A stretch of 57,407 nt of DNA, filler included, from Basidiobolus ranarum (taxonomy: Eukaryota): assembly GCA_040143965.1 (NCBI GenBank). It is 3 parts of 3 records of this genome, joined end to end, with 100 filler letters (N's around TTAATTAATTAA, not from the genome) between each part and the next. Parts side by side here need not be neighbours in the genome. Positions count along the whole stretch, not along the records: positions 1 to 19,102 come from JASJQH010000257.1; positions 19,203 to 38,271 come from JASJQH010000258.1; 1 more part is not named here. One strand, 5' to 3'. The position numbers were made by a program, and so were the translations under genes. Below are positions 13,900-25,737 of the stretch, one piece after another. Within the stretch, counting starts at the first letter, position 1, and every line of letters begins with the position of its first letter. The notes below the pieces were generated by a model. The model saw only the letters and a program-made list of their open reading frames with translations. It did not search any database and had not been told where the DNA came from.

Positions 13900-16100
13900 T
13901 CAGAAAAAAGGAAAAGATGCTATGATTAAAATAGAAAGGTTCAATAAAAGTGAACGTCCCCCGACACAAAAATATATATACAGCCCCGAGATCGGTAAAT
14001 CTAATTTACCAAACTACAAACCCACTAATGAATACTGTACATGTGCAGCATGGATTTCATGAGGCTCAATCCTAAGTCTGTAATTTATAACTTCGTAATA
14101 TGTAAATTTTGGAGGTATTAGACTATATTTACGAAACCCTGACTTGGTGCTATCAAAACTCAAATTGAAAGCCTGCATTGCAATAATACAATATTGTTTT
14201 GACCAGAACAATCCTCTCAAGATACCTAGTCTCTGGAGCAGTAATTTTGTTACAAACCGTAAATACTGGAGTTGGCTTATTCTAGCAGTATAGTCTGTAA
14301 TTCATGACCAGTCAAGCTACTTTTCTGTACTCCAGGAAGAACCACTTGGGACCTCCAAGTCCACTATCGATTACAACGCAATTTCAGGGATGCTTAATAC
14401 ATAACTTTTATATCAAGAAGTCCTTTTTCGACCTGACAACTGTTTGCTACAGGAAGAGTTTGAATCACTCCCGAGAACGCGTACCTGAGGCATCATTATT
14501 TATCATTTTATGTATAACATACTTCTGCATTTCCTTTTGTAGATTGGGATTTCACTTTGATTTGCAGGACTCGCTGCAACTTGATTTACATATCTGCGAA
14601 ACTCAATTGGCTCTTCATTAATTTCATTGCTAAATGTAGTTAATACTGGGTATAGCGATTAAATACAAGCTGTGAAGTCAACAAATTGACTGCGATTAAG
14701 CATTATCTACCCTTCCCGCTACAATAAGGAGAACAAGACTCATTAGCAAAATGAATAGAATCTTTTCAGGAAAGGGTGCTTCACATATAGCAGTTAATTG
14801 AGCCGGATTATTAAAGGAACGAACAAAAACATTTGCGATACTGGTAGATTTAAACCTAGGAAAATGGATACACATTGGTTATCATATACAAATATAGTGG
14901 ATGAGAACCATTGCCAGTACTGTATTGAACTAGGAGTTTCTTGGCTGCTCTTTCACTCATGTTAAAGTGATCAAGTGCAATATGTTTGTGCCAATCATAA
15001 AGATATACTGAGATATGCAATTTTTGATTACTACGATCAAAGTAGATGATGGTGATGGCATAAGGTGATATACATAACAAAGCATTATCCTTGCGTAGTG
15101 TTGAAAATCTCTGATTGCTAGCATTGACTTCATTGCTTGCTTTCAGCTGGGTTCAAATCATAGTTTCAGTCCGGCTATCTTGTTTAAGCGGAGGTATTTT
15201 AGCGCATGAGCCAAGGCATCTTTATTATAAAAATACTCTGCATCAATATTTCACAGAAGTTGAATTTCGATCACTAATATGGGCTCTCTTTCTCTCCATT
15301 AGAAGCTGCACATTGTCCAATCTCTAAACTTCATTGGAAGGCTGGGATGATAACATGAAAATCAAGAACTCGTGAAGTTTACTTAGCAATCACTCCAAAA
15401 ATATTAGGATCCATCTGGTTAATGTCACCTTACTAATCTTACATAGCTAGAAGAACACAGTAATACGCTCGCTAAAGCTTGCCATAAATCGCATGCATAA
15501 CTACACATACTAAAGTTTGAGCTAATTAACCCAGATAGTATTTGCGCTTCGTATCATGAAAGTAGTAACCAAAATGTTGTGTATTTTTTGAAACCAACAT
15601 GTCATTACTGTCATGCACTACATCACGTACTTATACACCTACAAGGCTATTGTATTTATAAGTTCATATTTATGATCAAGTAATTGACCAACTAATCAAG
15701 GTAAAGTGGAACAGAGTATTGAAAGGTGCTTACCACCATTTATGTACTATGAATGACAAAAGTAATCGAAACTATCAATGAAGCGGTGCAAGGCACATCT
15801 ACTAAATCAAAATCAGGGATGAATACAGAGCTATCCAGATTTCAGTCAACTATTCAAACATTTTCTAAAGAATTGATGAAATATCAGAACCAAACACTTG
15901 GCCATTCTTGGATGTCCACTGTATCAAATGCTTGCTTCTTGAATATTTTACAGGTCCATTTTGGATATATATCAGGAATGCTGATTAATGCGTTCAAAAT
16001 ACCCTCAACCTTTTATCCAACTTTCTTAGCACCTTAAGAACACAACCCTTTTGCCATTTTCTCTCATTTCGTTCATAAATATACATTTTATAGTCAATTC

Positions 16101-16432
16101 TGTGGAAATTAACATAGCTTAAACATCATTATAGTCATATACAGCATAGTGAAATGTGGAATAATTAAATACTAAGATATCACCCACTGTTCTCAATCGG
16201 AATTTACTTAGAAGTTCTCAGGCATATAGATTTTTCAAACTTGTCCTAGAAGCCCCAAACTTTGCACACATATATTCCTGGGACCTTCTTTAACATATTC
16301 TACACATTTCTAGGTTTACCTCTTGACAAAACTATAAATGTCAACTTTCGACTCAAAAAATCAGCAAGTGAAAACCACCAATTCTTCTAGTTCTCCAAAC
16401 CACTTCCAACAAACTCCCAAAATACTTCAACA
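16101..16432 (+). mobile_element. Degenerate LTR of copia family A
   Basis: TGTGG...CAACA ends. Colinear with the copies at 19323, 19872, 20608 and 54285 (shared ctagaagccccaaactttgcac, ttgacaaaactataaatgtcaact, ctccaaaccacttccaac). No target-site duplication seen. Confidence 0.85.
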
Positions 16433-17365
16433 GGGATAACAAACATAATAAAGATATTAAACTTTAACAATCCGCTACTATCAGTCACTTTATTATATGT
16501 AATTGGAGGGGATTTGCAATTAAGTATAGTCTAAGACGCGAGGTATGTTCAAAGTCTTAGCAGTCAGCTCAAGTATTCATGAATTTGGATGAGGAACATA
16601 TAGTTTATTCCATAAAACCAGTCCGAGGCTGATGTATTTCCGTTATAATGCACATCTAGCTTAGTACTATCTGAATAAACTCACTATACTTACACTGTAT
16701 GATATTCTAACACCAAGTAGTATGTACATTTCTGAAGAGTAACTTCCATTGAATACAGTAAGGTGATGATTATTCTTAGAAAGTATTAAGCCCATTGCCC
16801 GAGGAAGGATTACCCTTCTTAAGGTTTCTCTTAACCAACTCTTTGTTGTTTACTATAGTTTCAGTTATATTAACTGTTAACTTCATCCATCGCGAGCTAA
16901 TAAGGAAAGAGTGTGGCGTGATTATCATCACTCATGCTTAAGAAAGTGAAGTAGGCTTTCATTAAATGGAAAATACTATTCGTACTATATAGATTTCGCT
17001 AACTTTTAGATCTATATTAAATTATCATAGTAGCTGTATCTAAAAAGTTAATCAAAGAATCCACTATTAAACCCAAAGATTTGTTGAATATCTATCTCGA
17101 TTATCTACCCAATATTTGATGAGGGGTATGGTTACATATCATGGACATTGATACATCTCTTGTAACACTTTCCAAATAGTCGTGAGATCTACTCATCAAC
17201 GAATTCAAGATGCGTGTACGCTTTTATTTCAAGATTATCACATCTAGTCATGAGAACTTTTGGGTACGATGTTATACTTGGAAATAATACTTAAATAGCT
17301 CCTGAGACCTAATCCTACAGCCCATAAACCATCACCCGACTTTCCTGATCTATCTAGTAGTAAAA

Positions 17366-17971
17366 ATGTTGACTGTCACTAACAAAATCACTCTTGCTAC
17401 TCGCTGTCTTACCCCCGTTTTGGCTAGATATATGAGTGTAAAGCCCACCAGTGTTTATACTGAGAATGCTCCTGCTGCAATTGGCCCTTATTGTAAGTCT
17501 CGTGCCTTTGTTTAAACTTGATAGAGAATGAAATCATTTCATGTCAAAGCTAATACTCGTAATTATTGTAAAGCTCAAGCTATGACTGCTAACGGTTTCA
17601 TATTTGTATCTGGTCAGCTTCCTGTTAATCCCAAGACTGGAAACATCGAGTCTAATGATGTTAAAGAACAAACTGTAAGCCAAACTTTATCTTTTATTTT
17701 TTTGATAGACTTTGTGTCAACTTTTATCTTTTGGTAGCGCCAATCCCTTACCAACGTCAGTGCTATTCTAAAAGAAGCTGGAACCGACTTTACTAAGGTC
17801 CTGAAGACCAATGTTTATTTGAAAGATATGAATGACTTCGCCTCTATGAATGAAGTCTATGCTGAGCTCATGGGTGATGCTCGTCCCGCTAGAGCCGCTG
17901 TCGAGGTAGCTCGCTTACCTAAAGATGCTCTTGTTGAAATTGAATGTGTTGCTGTTGTCAACAAACAGTAA
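17366..17971 (+). CDS. MMF1: RidA/YjgF/YER057c/UK114-family enamine/imine deaminase (Mmf1/Hmf1-like); exons 17366-17492, 17574-17674, 17738-17971 (153 aa)
   Basis: [37 protein letters not shown] and [20 protein letters not shown]. The N-terminal extension is basic and hydroxylated, like a mitochondrial presequence. Confidence 0.92.
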
Positions 17972-18753
17972 TCAAGTTCATTATCTCTTATCGCATTGCA
18001 TTCACCTGTTTCTCCAACGCAATCATTGAAAATGTGCAGTTTCCAATTATTAATATAAATTTTGATACAAGTGTACTCTGACATTTGCAAATATAATTAA
18101 AACTATTTTTAGAATGATAAAATTACAAACAAACGATTACATTACATTGCCACATGAAAGGAATTCGAGTCCTTTTCTACTGATGACTTTATAACCTCAA
18201 CAGCTTGAAAAGTTAAATCACTTGTCTTGGCTCCATGTTAAATCGATAACGATAAAGCCACTAGGACAGGTGTAGGTAACTCATGTCCCATCTTAAAATT
18301 ATAAGCCTATAAAATTACTTGGATTGGATAGTCTGATTCTTATACAATTTAACATTTGTGTCTGTCGATACCGACGATGCTGACTGTTGCCTTAAGTTTG
18401 TGGTAAGTGATTTGTAATACCTAATTTGATGGAGATGTGGATGCTACAAGTATAAGTACATGTCTCTACAATGACCTCGGTCATATCGTCTGGTATCTAT
18501 TTTATTTGATTGAGAATATGGCATAAACAAAGCTTTAGGCAAAATTAAATATCGTTCGATTTTGATTAACATTTCGAGAAAAAAATATAGAACTGAGGCT
18601 GGGAAATTCAGAGATACTATTGGCCAAAACCGTAGGCGCCAACTTTTAGATTGAGATTGGCAAATAAAGCGTTGAAACTAGCCCGTCTGAATACTCCTTC
18701 TCTTCTGGCGTGTAGACCGTGTTATTTAAGGCGTCAGTCAAACATACTTTAAA

Positions 18754-19102
18754 ATGGTGAGTATTCCTGTTATTTAGCCTTTCCTATATACTCTCTGCTA
18801 CCACTTCAAGAGACTATTCGAAATCCATGACAACTGCCAATTTGTATATGGCGTATATTAGCGTACTTTCTGAAGAGTTATTTTGTTTTATCCATTGTGG
18901 CTCTCTTATCCATACATCCCCTGATATCACCAACAAGACCAATTTTGTTTGAATATTATTTTACAACCTACTAACTCTTTGAGTTGTACAGGCCGCTGAA
19001 GCATCTGCCCCCTCCAACTCCATGCGTGAACTACGCATCGAGAAACTCGTTCTTAACATCTGTGTTGGTGAATCTGGTGATAGACTTACTCGTGCTGCTA
19101 AG
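18754..19102 (+). CDS. RPL11: 60S ribosomal protein L11 (uL5), 5' part; coding exon 1 is ATG only (18754-18756), exon 2 runs from 18992 to the contig end
   Basis: [29 protein letters not shown]. Intron GTGAGT...CTAAC...CAG at 18757-18991. Confidence 0.95.
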
Positions 19103-19202
19103 NNNNNNNNNNNNNNNNNNNNNNNNNNNNNNNNNNNNNNNNNNNNTTAATTAATTAANNNNNNNNNNNNNNNNNNNNNNNNNNNNNNNNNNNNNNNNNN
19201 NN
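19103..19202. other. Artificial contig linker (N44-TTAATTAATTAA-N44)
   Basis: 100-nt spacer with stop codons in all six frames; identical to 38272-38371. Confidence 0.97.
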
Positions 19203-19669
19203 TTATTGTTCTACAGAAGACATAATTGCTGATATATACACCAAACCATTAGCTAGACAGAAATTTGCAAAATTTAGACCTTTATTAGGATTAGTTTATA
19301 TTACTATTTAGTTGATGGAGAGTCTTGAAATTAGCTTTGCCTAAACACCTAAATAGTCATGTATAACTTGGTACTTAGTTATCTTATAATTCACTAAGAT
19401 ATTATCAATTATTCTCAATTGGAATTTACTTAGAATAGTTTTATCAACTTAGAAGTTCTCAGATATATAGATTTTTCAAACCTGTGCTAGAAGCCCCAAA
19501 CTTTGCACACTTGTTCCTGGGAACTTCCTTAACACACTCTACATGCTAGGCTGCTTACATCTTGACAAAACTATAAATGTCAACTTTCTAATCAATAAAT
19601 CAACAAGTCAAACCACCAATTCCTCTAATTCTCCAAACCACTTCCAACAGGCTCCCAAATACTTTAACA
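19203..19669 (+). mobile_element. 3' end of a Ty1/copia element: RNase H C-terminus, purine-rich tract and 3' LTR (19323-19669, family A)
   Basis: YCSTEDIIADIYTKPLARQKFAKFRPLLGL, then gatggagag, then an LTR ending ctcccaaatactttaaca. Confidence 0.88.
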
Positions 19670-20936
19670 GTATACAGAAGTCTGTCAAATTCCAAATTTA
19701 AGGTCAGATTTTTGGTTCTGGATTCTAGAGCCATTAATAGGCCCTGAAAATCATGTGGCAGGCTATTCAGGACTGTAACTATGACATTTTGATCAGTAGT
19801 ATGTACTGCAATGCATTCAATTTCATCTACTAAAGTGGTGACTTTATTATTTAGTGATTCAATGTCTTATCTGTTGAGATTTGCATTGCCTAAGCACCTA
19901 TATAGTTATTTTTAACTTAGTACTTAGTTATCTTATAACTCACTAAGATATTACCATTATTCTCAATTGGAATTTTCTTAGAATATGTTGACCAAAATCA
20001 AAGTCCTCATATATAGTGATTTTTCAAACTTGTGCTAGAAGCACCAAACTTTGCATACATGTTTCTAGGACCTTTTGTAGCACATTCTACACATTTGTTT
20101 ACTTATATCTTGACAAAACTATAAATGTCAACTTTCTACTTGGTAAATCAATAAGTGAAAACTACCAATATCTCTAATTCTGAAAACCACTTCCAACAGG
20201 CTCCCAATTACTTTAACATTATCCTGGCTTCATCTTTAAGTTAAAGAATTGTCTTCTTAGAAACATCTTTTTGGCAGCAGAACATGTGTGGTGAGTTTCT
20301 TCCAAGGTTTTCCATACCTTCATGGCAGTTTTAGCTCTTGAATATTCAATTTGTTATTAATATTACCAAAAATTGTGTTAATGGCACTCTGTTCTTTTTA
20401 AGCTGGAGTAAAGCATTGGTTTCAGATATTTTTGCATTGTTTTCTTCTCCTATGGCAGTGTCCCATAGTTCTTTATATTGCAGCAGCATTTACAGTTTAA
20501 TTTTCCAAACTTAATAATTAGTTTCAACTAATTTTTCAGAAGAGGGAAAATTTTCAGAAATTTAATAAGTAGACATTAGAGATAGTGCAAGCTCAGGGCT
20601 CATAACCTGTTAAGGTATTTTGGGAGCCTGCTGGCAGTGGTTTGGAGAATTAGAGAAATTGGTGGTTTTCACTTATTGATTTATTGAGTTGATAGTAGAC
20701 ATCTATATTTTTGTCAAGATGGAAGTAAACTAACATGTAGGATGTGTTAAGAAAGGTCCCAAGAATATGTGTTGAAAGTTTGGGGCTTCTTGCAAAGTTT
20801 GCAAATTCTATATATCTGAGAACTTTTAAGTATACTCTGATATTGAATAATGGGTGATATCTTAGATCAAGATAGGATAACTAAATACTAAGCTATATAT
20901 GACCATATAAGTGTTTAGACAATGCTAACTTTAACA
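19670..20936 (-). mobile_element. 5' part of a Ty1/copia element: 5' LTR (20936-20608), primer-binding site (20607-20591) and a decayed gag interrupted by a solo LTR
   Basis: LTR TGTTAAAG...CCTTAACA followed by GGTTATGAGCCCTGAGC. The gag starts at ATG 20576 (EKLVETNY*VWKIKL*MLLQYKELWDTA) and resumes below 19872 (VTVLNSLPHDFQGLLMALESR). Confidence 0.88.
19872..20218 (+). mobile_element. Solo LTR (family A) with a 5-bp target-site duplication TTATC
   Basis: TGTTG...TAACA, flanked by ttatc at 19867-19871 and 20219-20223. Confidence 0.92.
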
Positions 20937-21270
20937 TTACTTACATACGAAGTAGATGTTCCATTTTTAAATTACATGGCTAAGATACTAACTTGTTGAT
21001 GAGCTTACAACATTCTATCCTCTCAGCACTCTTAAATGTATCTAAAATAAATGAATAATATAGGTATTAAGCTGCTTTGCTGCTCAGTTAAATATACTTC
21101 AACATATTCAATATGCAAATATTAGCACATGGATGTTGAAGCAGAGTTTTCAACTATGTCTACAAAACCGAATATTCTTAAGGCATAGTATCATAGCAGT
21201 AAAATGCATCAATATTTTGATTTATCGGAGCTATTTACATAAGTTCAAATGCGAAAGTGAGATATAGAAG

Positions 21271-21945
21271 TCAAAGTTCCTTATAAAAGGAGAAATATGG
21301 GCAAGAGAGTTTCCAACCCCAATCAGCAGTACGAACACCTTCTAAAGGAGGGAAATGTTGAATATGTACAAAATTATCTACCAATTCCCAATCGATGGAA
21401 CCAGTATTTCCAGAATCATATGTCAAATCCTCATAAAACCAAGCACGAACCGGCTCACACCTTTGACGAGGACCGGAATTTAAAAGCCATTCACCATATA
21501 TATCGTCCAGGGTAAGAATGGCTCTTTGACTGTCCCATTGTGCGAATGCATAAGAACTCTTCCATTTCGATTGAAATTTCCCTAAAGATTTCGTTTGTTT
21601 GGGGGTTGTACTTTGAATAAGTTCAAATGGACATCCGTTATTCTTAAAGAAAAATGGTTGACTTAATTCTCTACTCGAGAGGATTTGCTCTATCTCGGTA
21701 GGATCAAGTCGATGAACGCAATCACCGGAAAAATCCGCATTGGCCTGGATCTTTAGTGAAAATTTCTTGTCTTTCCAGGTTTCCTTGCACAGGTTAAACC
21801 ATAGGGTCTCGGTGTTAGATAGCAGTCTCCATTGTTGGGAGACGAGGGAGCAGTGGGATAGATCTGATGCCCCCAAATATTGGAATATATTTAATATCAC
21901 CTCAACGGGGAGAAACACCTTTGCAGCACAGTAGGTGGATGTCAT
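21271..21945 (-). CDS. F-box protein, intronless (224 aa)
   Basis: LPVEVILNIFQYLGASDLSHCSLVSQQWRLLSNTETLWFNLC matches the F-box consensus. Confidence 0.88.
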   Translation of the reverse strand: MTSTYCAAKVFLPVEVILNIFQYLGASDLSHCSLVSQQWRLLSNTETLWFNLCKETWKDKKFSLKIQANADFSGDCVHRLDPTEIEQILSSRELSQPFFFKNNGCPFELIQSTTPKQTKSLGKFQSKWKSSYAFAQWDSQRAILTLDDIYGEWLLNSGPRQRCEPVRAWFYEDLTYDSGNTGSIDWELVDNFVHIQHFPPLEGVRTADWGWKLSCPYFSFYKEL

Positions 21946-22493
21946 TGTTATTAGGATGGGGATGGGAACGGGAACGATGTCAATCTTTTATATCTTCAAT
22001 GTTGACACTTTCTTCTGGTGAGTGAGAGGCGCAAAAGAGGCTTGCATAGAGCCTTCTCGGTTGGAAAGAATTGGTATTTAATCGACCTATTGCCTTGAAC
22101 TATCTGGATACGACATTCACAACATTCAAATAATGACTCGTCAACCTGGTTGAAACATGAGGTTAGTTGACTTGATTGGCTCAGCACGTATCATGCTTCG
22201 TATATGTACTATCCCCTTGGCGCTCCTGATCAACGTATCAGATTGGCACATCGATTGCTAAGTTACGAGTGTATAGTAATCAAGGCACAAGTATATATAT
22301 GTGTGTGAGCTTTAAACTAAAGTTATTATTAGGCACGCGTGTGGGTAATTTGACGAGGGGATTGGTATGGTATTGGTGTGATGTTATTAATAACGCGGTT
22401 AATAATCGATGACTGAGTGATTACCTTGAATATATAAAGAGGAAGTGACAGACGGTAGCTATTCATAATGGCTTGTGTCGGTAACTATTCGTA

Positions 22494-23420
22494 ATGGGAC
22501 GTAAAAAAATCAAGGTAAGTTGTCATCAGATTTGTGGATTTGTGGGTTTACTAACTAATCAATTCCTCTGTGCATTGGCAAACTAATCAATTACTTAGAT
22601 AAGGACCATTGAAAATGATCGCCAAAAGACAGTCACATTCACCCGTCGTCGGAGCGGATTGATCAAAAAAGCCCATGAATTGGCAGTCTTATGTGACTGT
22701 AGGGTTGTCTTACTGATGTTTGACGCCAAAGATGCATGCCATATGGTACGTGTTTGTTTTGATCCAAGTTTGCATTTTCCTGTCATTAATAAGAAGCGCA
22801 GTATTCTTCAGAAGAAGACCCCGAAGAATTGATCCATAAATACTACCGGAAAGAATTCCAAACAGTCGAAGGAAAGGTAGGCTCAACAGTATTGACAGTA
22901 CTGACAATACTGGCTCTAACCATCATTCCATTGATAGAAACGCAAAGTAAGTAAACCCCCAAGTGACCATCTTGGCCCTACGAAGGAATCACGCAAGCCT
23001 GCCACCACCGTAGTCAATGAATACCGGATAACTACCAATGGTGAGGGATCCGAAAATATCCAGGTGAAACAAGTGAAGCATCTTCACAACCCTGGCTCTA
23101 TGCTTCTACCACTGGAGCAACCTATAGTCGGCTCCTCTAATCCAATGTTTCAGCTACCGCCAGCTTTCCCTTCTCTCGAAGATTATTCCATTATCCCTAT
23201 GGATGATTCTTTGGGATCTTATGAGAGTGGCTACAACCACCCCAAGCCAATGATGAATCCTGGATACCTTACCTCTAGCCTAACCCAATCATCGTTGAAT
23301 AACTTTCAGGAGAACAACGGGCTTCTAGATTACCATGTGGGAATGAGATTCCCTAATTATCAAATACCAACCGATAATACCATGGAGTGGGGAAACTATG
23401 CATCACATCCATCACTATAG
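22494..23420 (+). CDS. MADS-box (MEF2-like) transcription factor; exons 22494-22514, 22599-22745, 22802-22876, 22938-23420 (241 aa)
   Basis: Spliced MGRKKIK-IRTIENDRQKTVTFTRRRSGLIKKAHELAVLCDCRVVLLMFD...YSS. Three phase-0 GT-AG introns join into the ORF at 23064-23420. The MADS domain is absent from the ORF track. Confidence 0.92.
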
Positions 23421-23590
23421 CATCATTGCTGCTGATTTTGAACATTTTGTTGTATACCATGAATCTTCTGTGTAATAAATCTCTACATTCCCATAAATTT
23501 CCATCTTCTGCATAATATTCTTGGTTTATGGTAAAGTAATTAAAATATGGTACATGAGTTGTATAGTAATAATAAGAGCATAGCCCACAA

Positions 23591-25058
23591 TCACAGTCCT
23601 CTAATGAATTTTCCCAATTTCTCCCTCTCTTCTCGAGAGACAATTTTGCTCTGATCGGGAAGTATGCATTCACTTGTGCTTTCTTGCTCGTTCACTGGAT
23701 GTTTCACCCCACTGCTTATAGCACCTAGTTCCAATGAATCGGTGCCCAGACTCGCCATTTGGAGATGAGTAGGTCCATAGTAATCTCTTGAATCATGAAG
23801 TGAGTGATGATTGGCTGAAATTGGGTAAAAGGTAGACCCGGTAGTGATGTCCCGTTTTTCGGAGCCAAGGAAATTGCTGACGAACCATTTCATAAAGCGA
23901 GTGTAGGTAGAGTGATCAGCTGTACGATAATACTCAGACTCAGATGAATGCTTTTTCAAGGGTATAGTGGTAGTGGAATAGACCTCCTCACTGCAGTACA
24001 TGCATATTAATTTCTCTCGCACGGTAGCAACTGAATTATGAAGTGCTGGATCCATCAAAAAGGCCGCCAGATTAAGTACACCTGTAAATTAAGGTGGATG
24101 AGTTGGATACTTGCAAAATTCTGCAAAGAGAAAGAACTACTTACCTGGTAGGTCAGTACCAATCACTGACCAATAATTGATTCCAGTATTCATCTCGTGT
24201 TTAAACTGTAACCATAATTCCATTAAAACGAATCCACCTTGAGTCGCAAGGGGGATAAGTGTATAGAGAGCGATACGAGCAACTAAACGTTTGATGGTTT
24301 TTTGGGTTTTTCTACTACGTTCATCCATTGAACCGAGTACTTCCAAGGATAAGTTCTTATTACGATTCGAGAATCTATGTAGGTTTATCTCCAGCTTCAT
24401 AATTACCAATATCACAATCACTAAGCAATAAAGTGAGCAAGAAACAATCCAAAATAAAAAGGATCCCCACTCCCAAGCCTGAGTGCGTTTACTTGAGTAA
24501 TTTCTCCACCAACAGACCCCAACATTATCGTCCCAACCCATCCTACCTGCAGCCCAGGCAGGGACCGTGGTTGCGAGGGCAAACAACAGCGAGACTGTGA
24601 AGTATATACGTTCGAGACCAGGGTAGTAAGGTTTGTTATGTAGAAAAACATATTGTAGATTAAAAGCGATCATACAAGTCAAGAATATATAGTAGTTTGT
24701 AAGGAAGATGATAGCCCTAAAGTAAAAGTTAGTTTATGAAAGAGGGAATGATTCAGTTTTATCCTTACCATGCAGAAAAGTCACACGCCGGTCCACTCAC
24801 TGATACAAAGGTAAAAAGAATGTACACAATAGCTTTCAGTACATCTACTGCTGATATGGCTGCAGTCAAACGTAACGACACTCGATCCATAAGCTTTGGT
24901 TCGATAGAGCGTATCGAGAAGTAAATGATAAGAACTAAAGACCCGCACACTATAGAAGCCGAATTAAGGACCACATTAATGATTGTCACTGCACGGTTCT
25001 CATAATCTCCCTTCAGTACAAGATCATAGCCTGGGTCGTAATCCCAGGAGTCAACCAT
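23591..25058 (-). CDS. 7TM GPCR-like protein (cAMP-receptor/Git3-like); exons 25058-24769, 24716-24145, 24081-23591 (450 aa)
   Basis: Seven hydrophobic segments; DRVSLRLTAAIS, C-x-FSAW, LTCMIAFNLQ, G-x5-CWW, RIALYTLIP and GVLNLAAFLMDPAL. Introns 24717-24768 and 24082-24144. Confidence 0.82.
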
Positions 25059-25737
25059 CGATAGGAAGTGGAAAAGAAACGATGGTGGTCAAAGAAGCCC
25101 TATATTTTATCTACGGGTGCCAGTCATTTCCATATGATAGCACGTACTCATATGGAATGGAGTTGATTTGAAAATTTTCTTCCTGTCCGACATATGTATC
25201 ACCAAAGTTACCAGCTTAAGGGAATCGTGACGACTCCAATTCCTGCTCTCATATTCTTTGATGTTGGCTGTTTTGACTCCGTTATAGCCGACTGTCAAAA
25301 TTTGAAATCTTGTGACATCCTGCGAGGTACAAATTTCTCTTTGGTCCGAAAAATAGCGGATGCAAGTCTAATGACGATATCATTGGTCAAAAGATACAAC
25401 TCTCCTAGCAACCACGTTCATTTACAACCACAAATCAAATCTTGATCTAGCAGATGTTATCTCTCAGCCCTCTCTCTCTGTTCAGTCTCTTGTAACCACT
25501 TTCTGCATACTAATAAGGATTAAACCTGACAAATGGGCCAAGATCTTGAATTTTGGACATGGAAATACATTGTAGCATCGACAATCATTTGCGCCTTGCA
25601 TCACTTCTCATCGGTAATCTCATCGGTAATACCGGAAGTTGTGCATAAAGCTGAATGTAACATATATCACGTGCCATATGTATGTTTATTGGTTCTTATA
25701 AAAATGATCTAGTTTAGTGATTAGATTGCTTCTCCAT

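Noticed and set aside
18757-18991. Box C/D snoRNA in the long RPL11 intron
   Set aside because: CTGA motifs are present, but I see no good RTGATGA box C, terminal stem or rRNA guide. An Infernal/Rfam search would settle it.
19103-19202. Palindromic TTAATTAATTAA within N runs (also 38272-38371) as a biological motif
   Set aside because: It is an identical synthetic six-frame-stop spacer between contigs, so gene neighbourhoods across it are meaningless.
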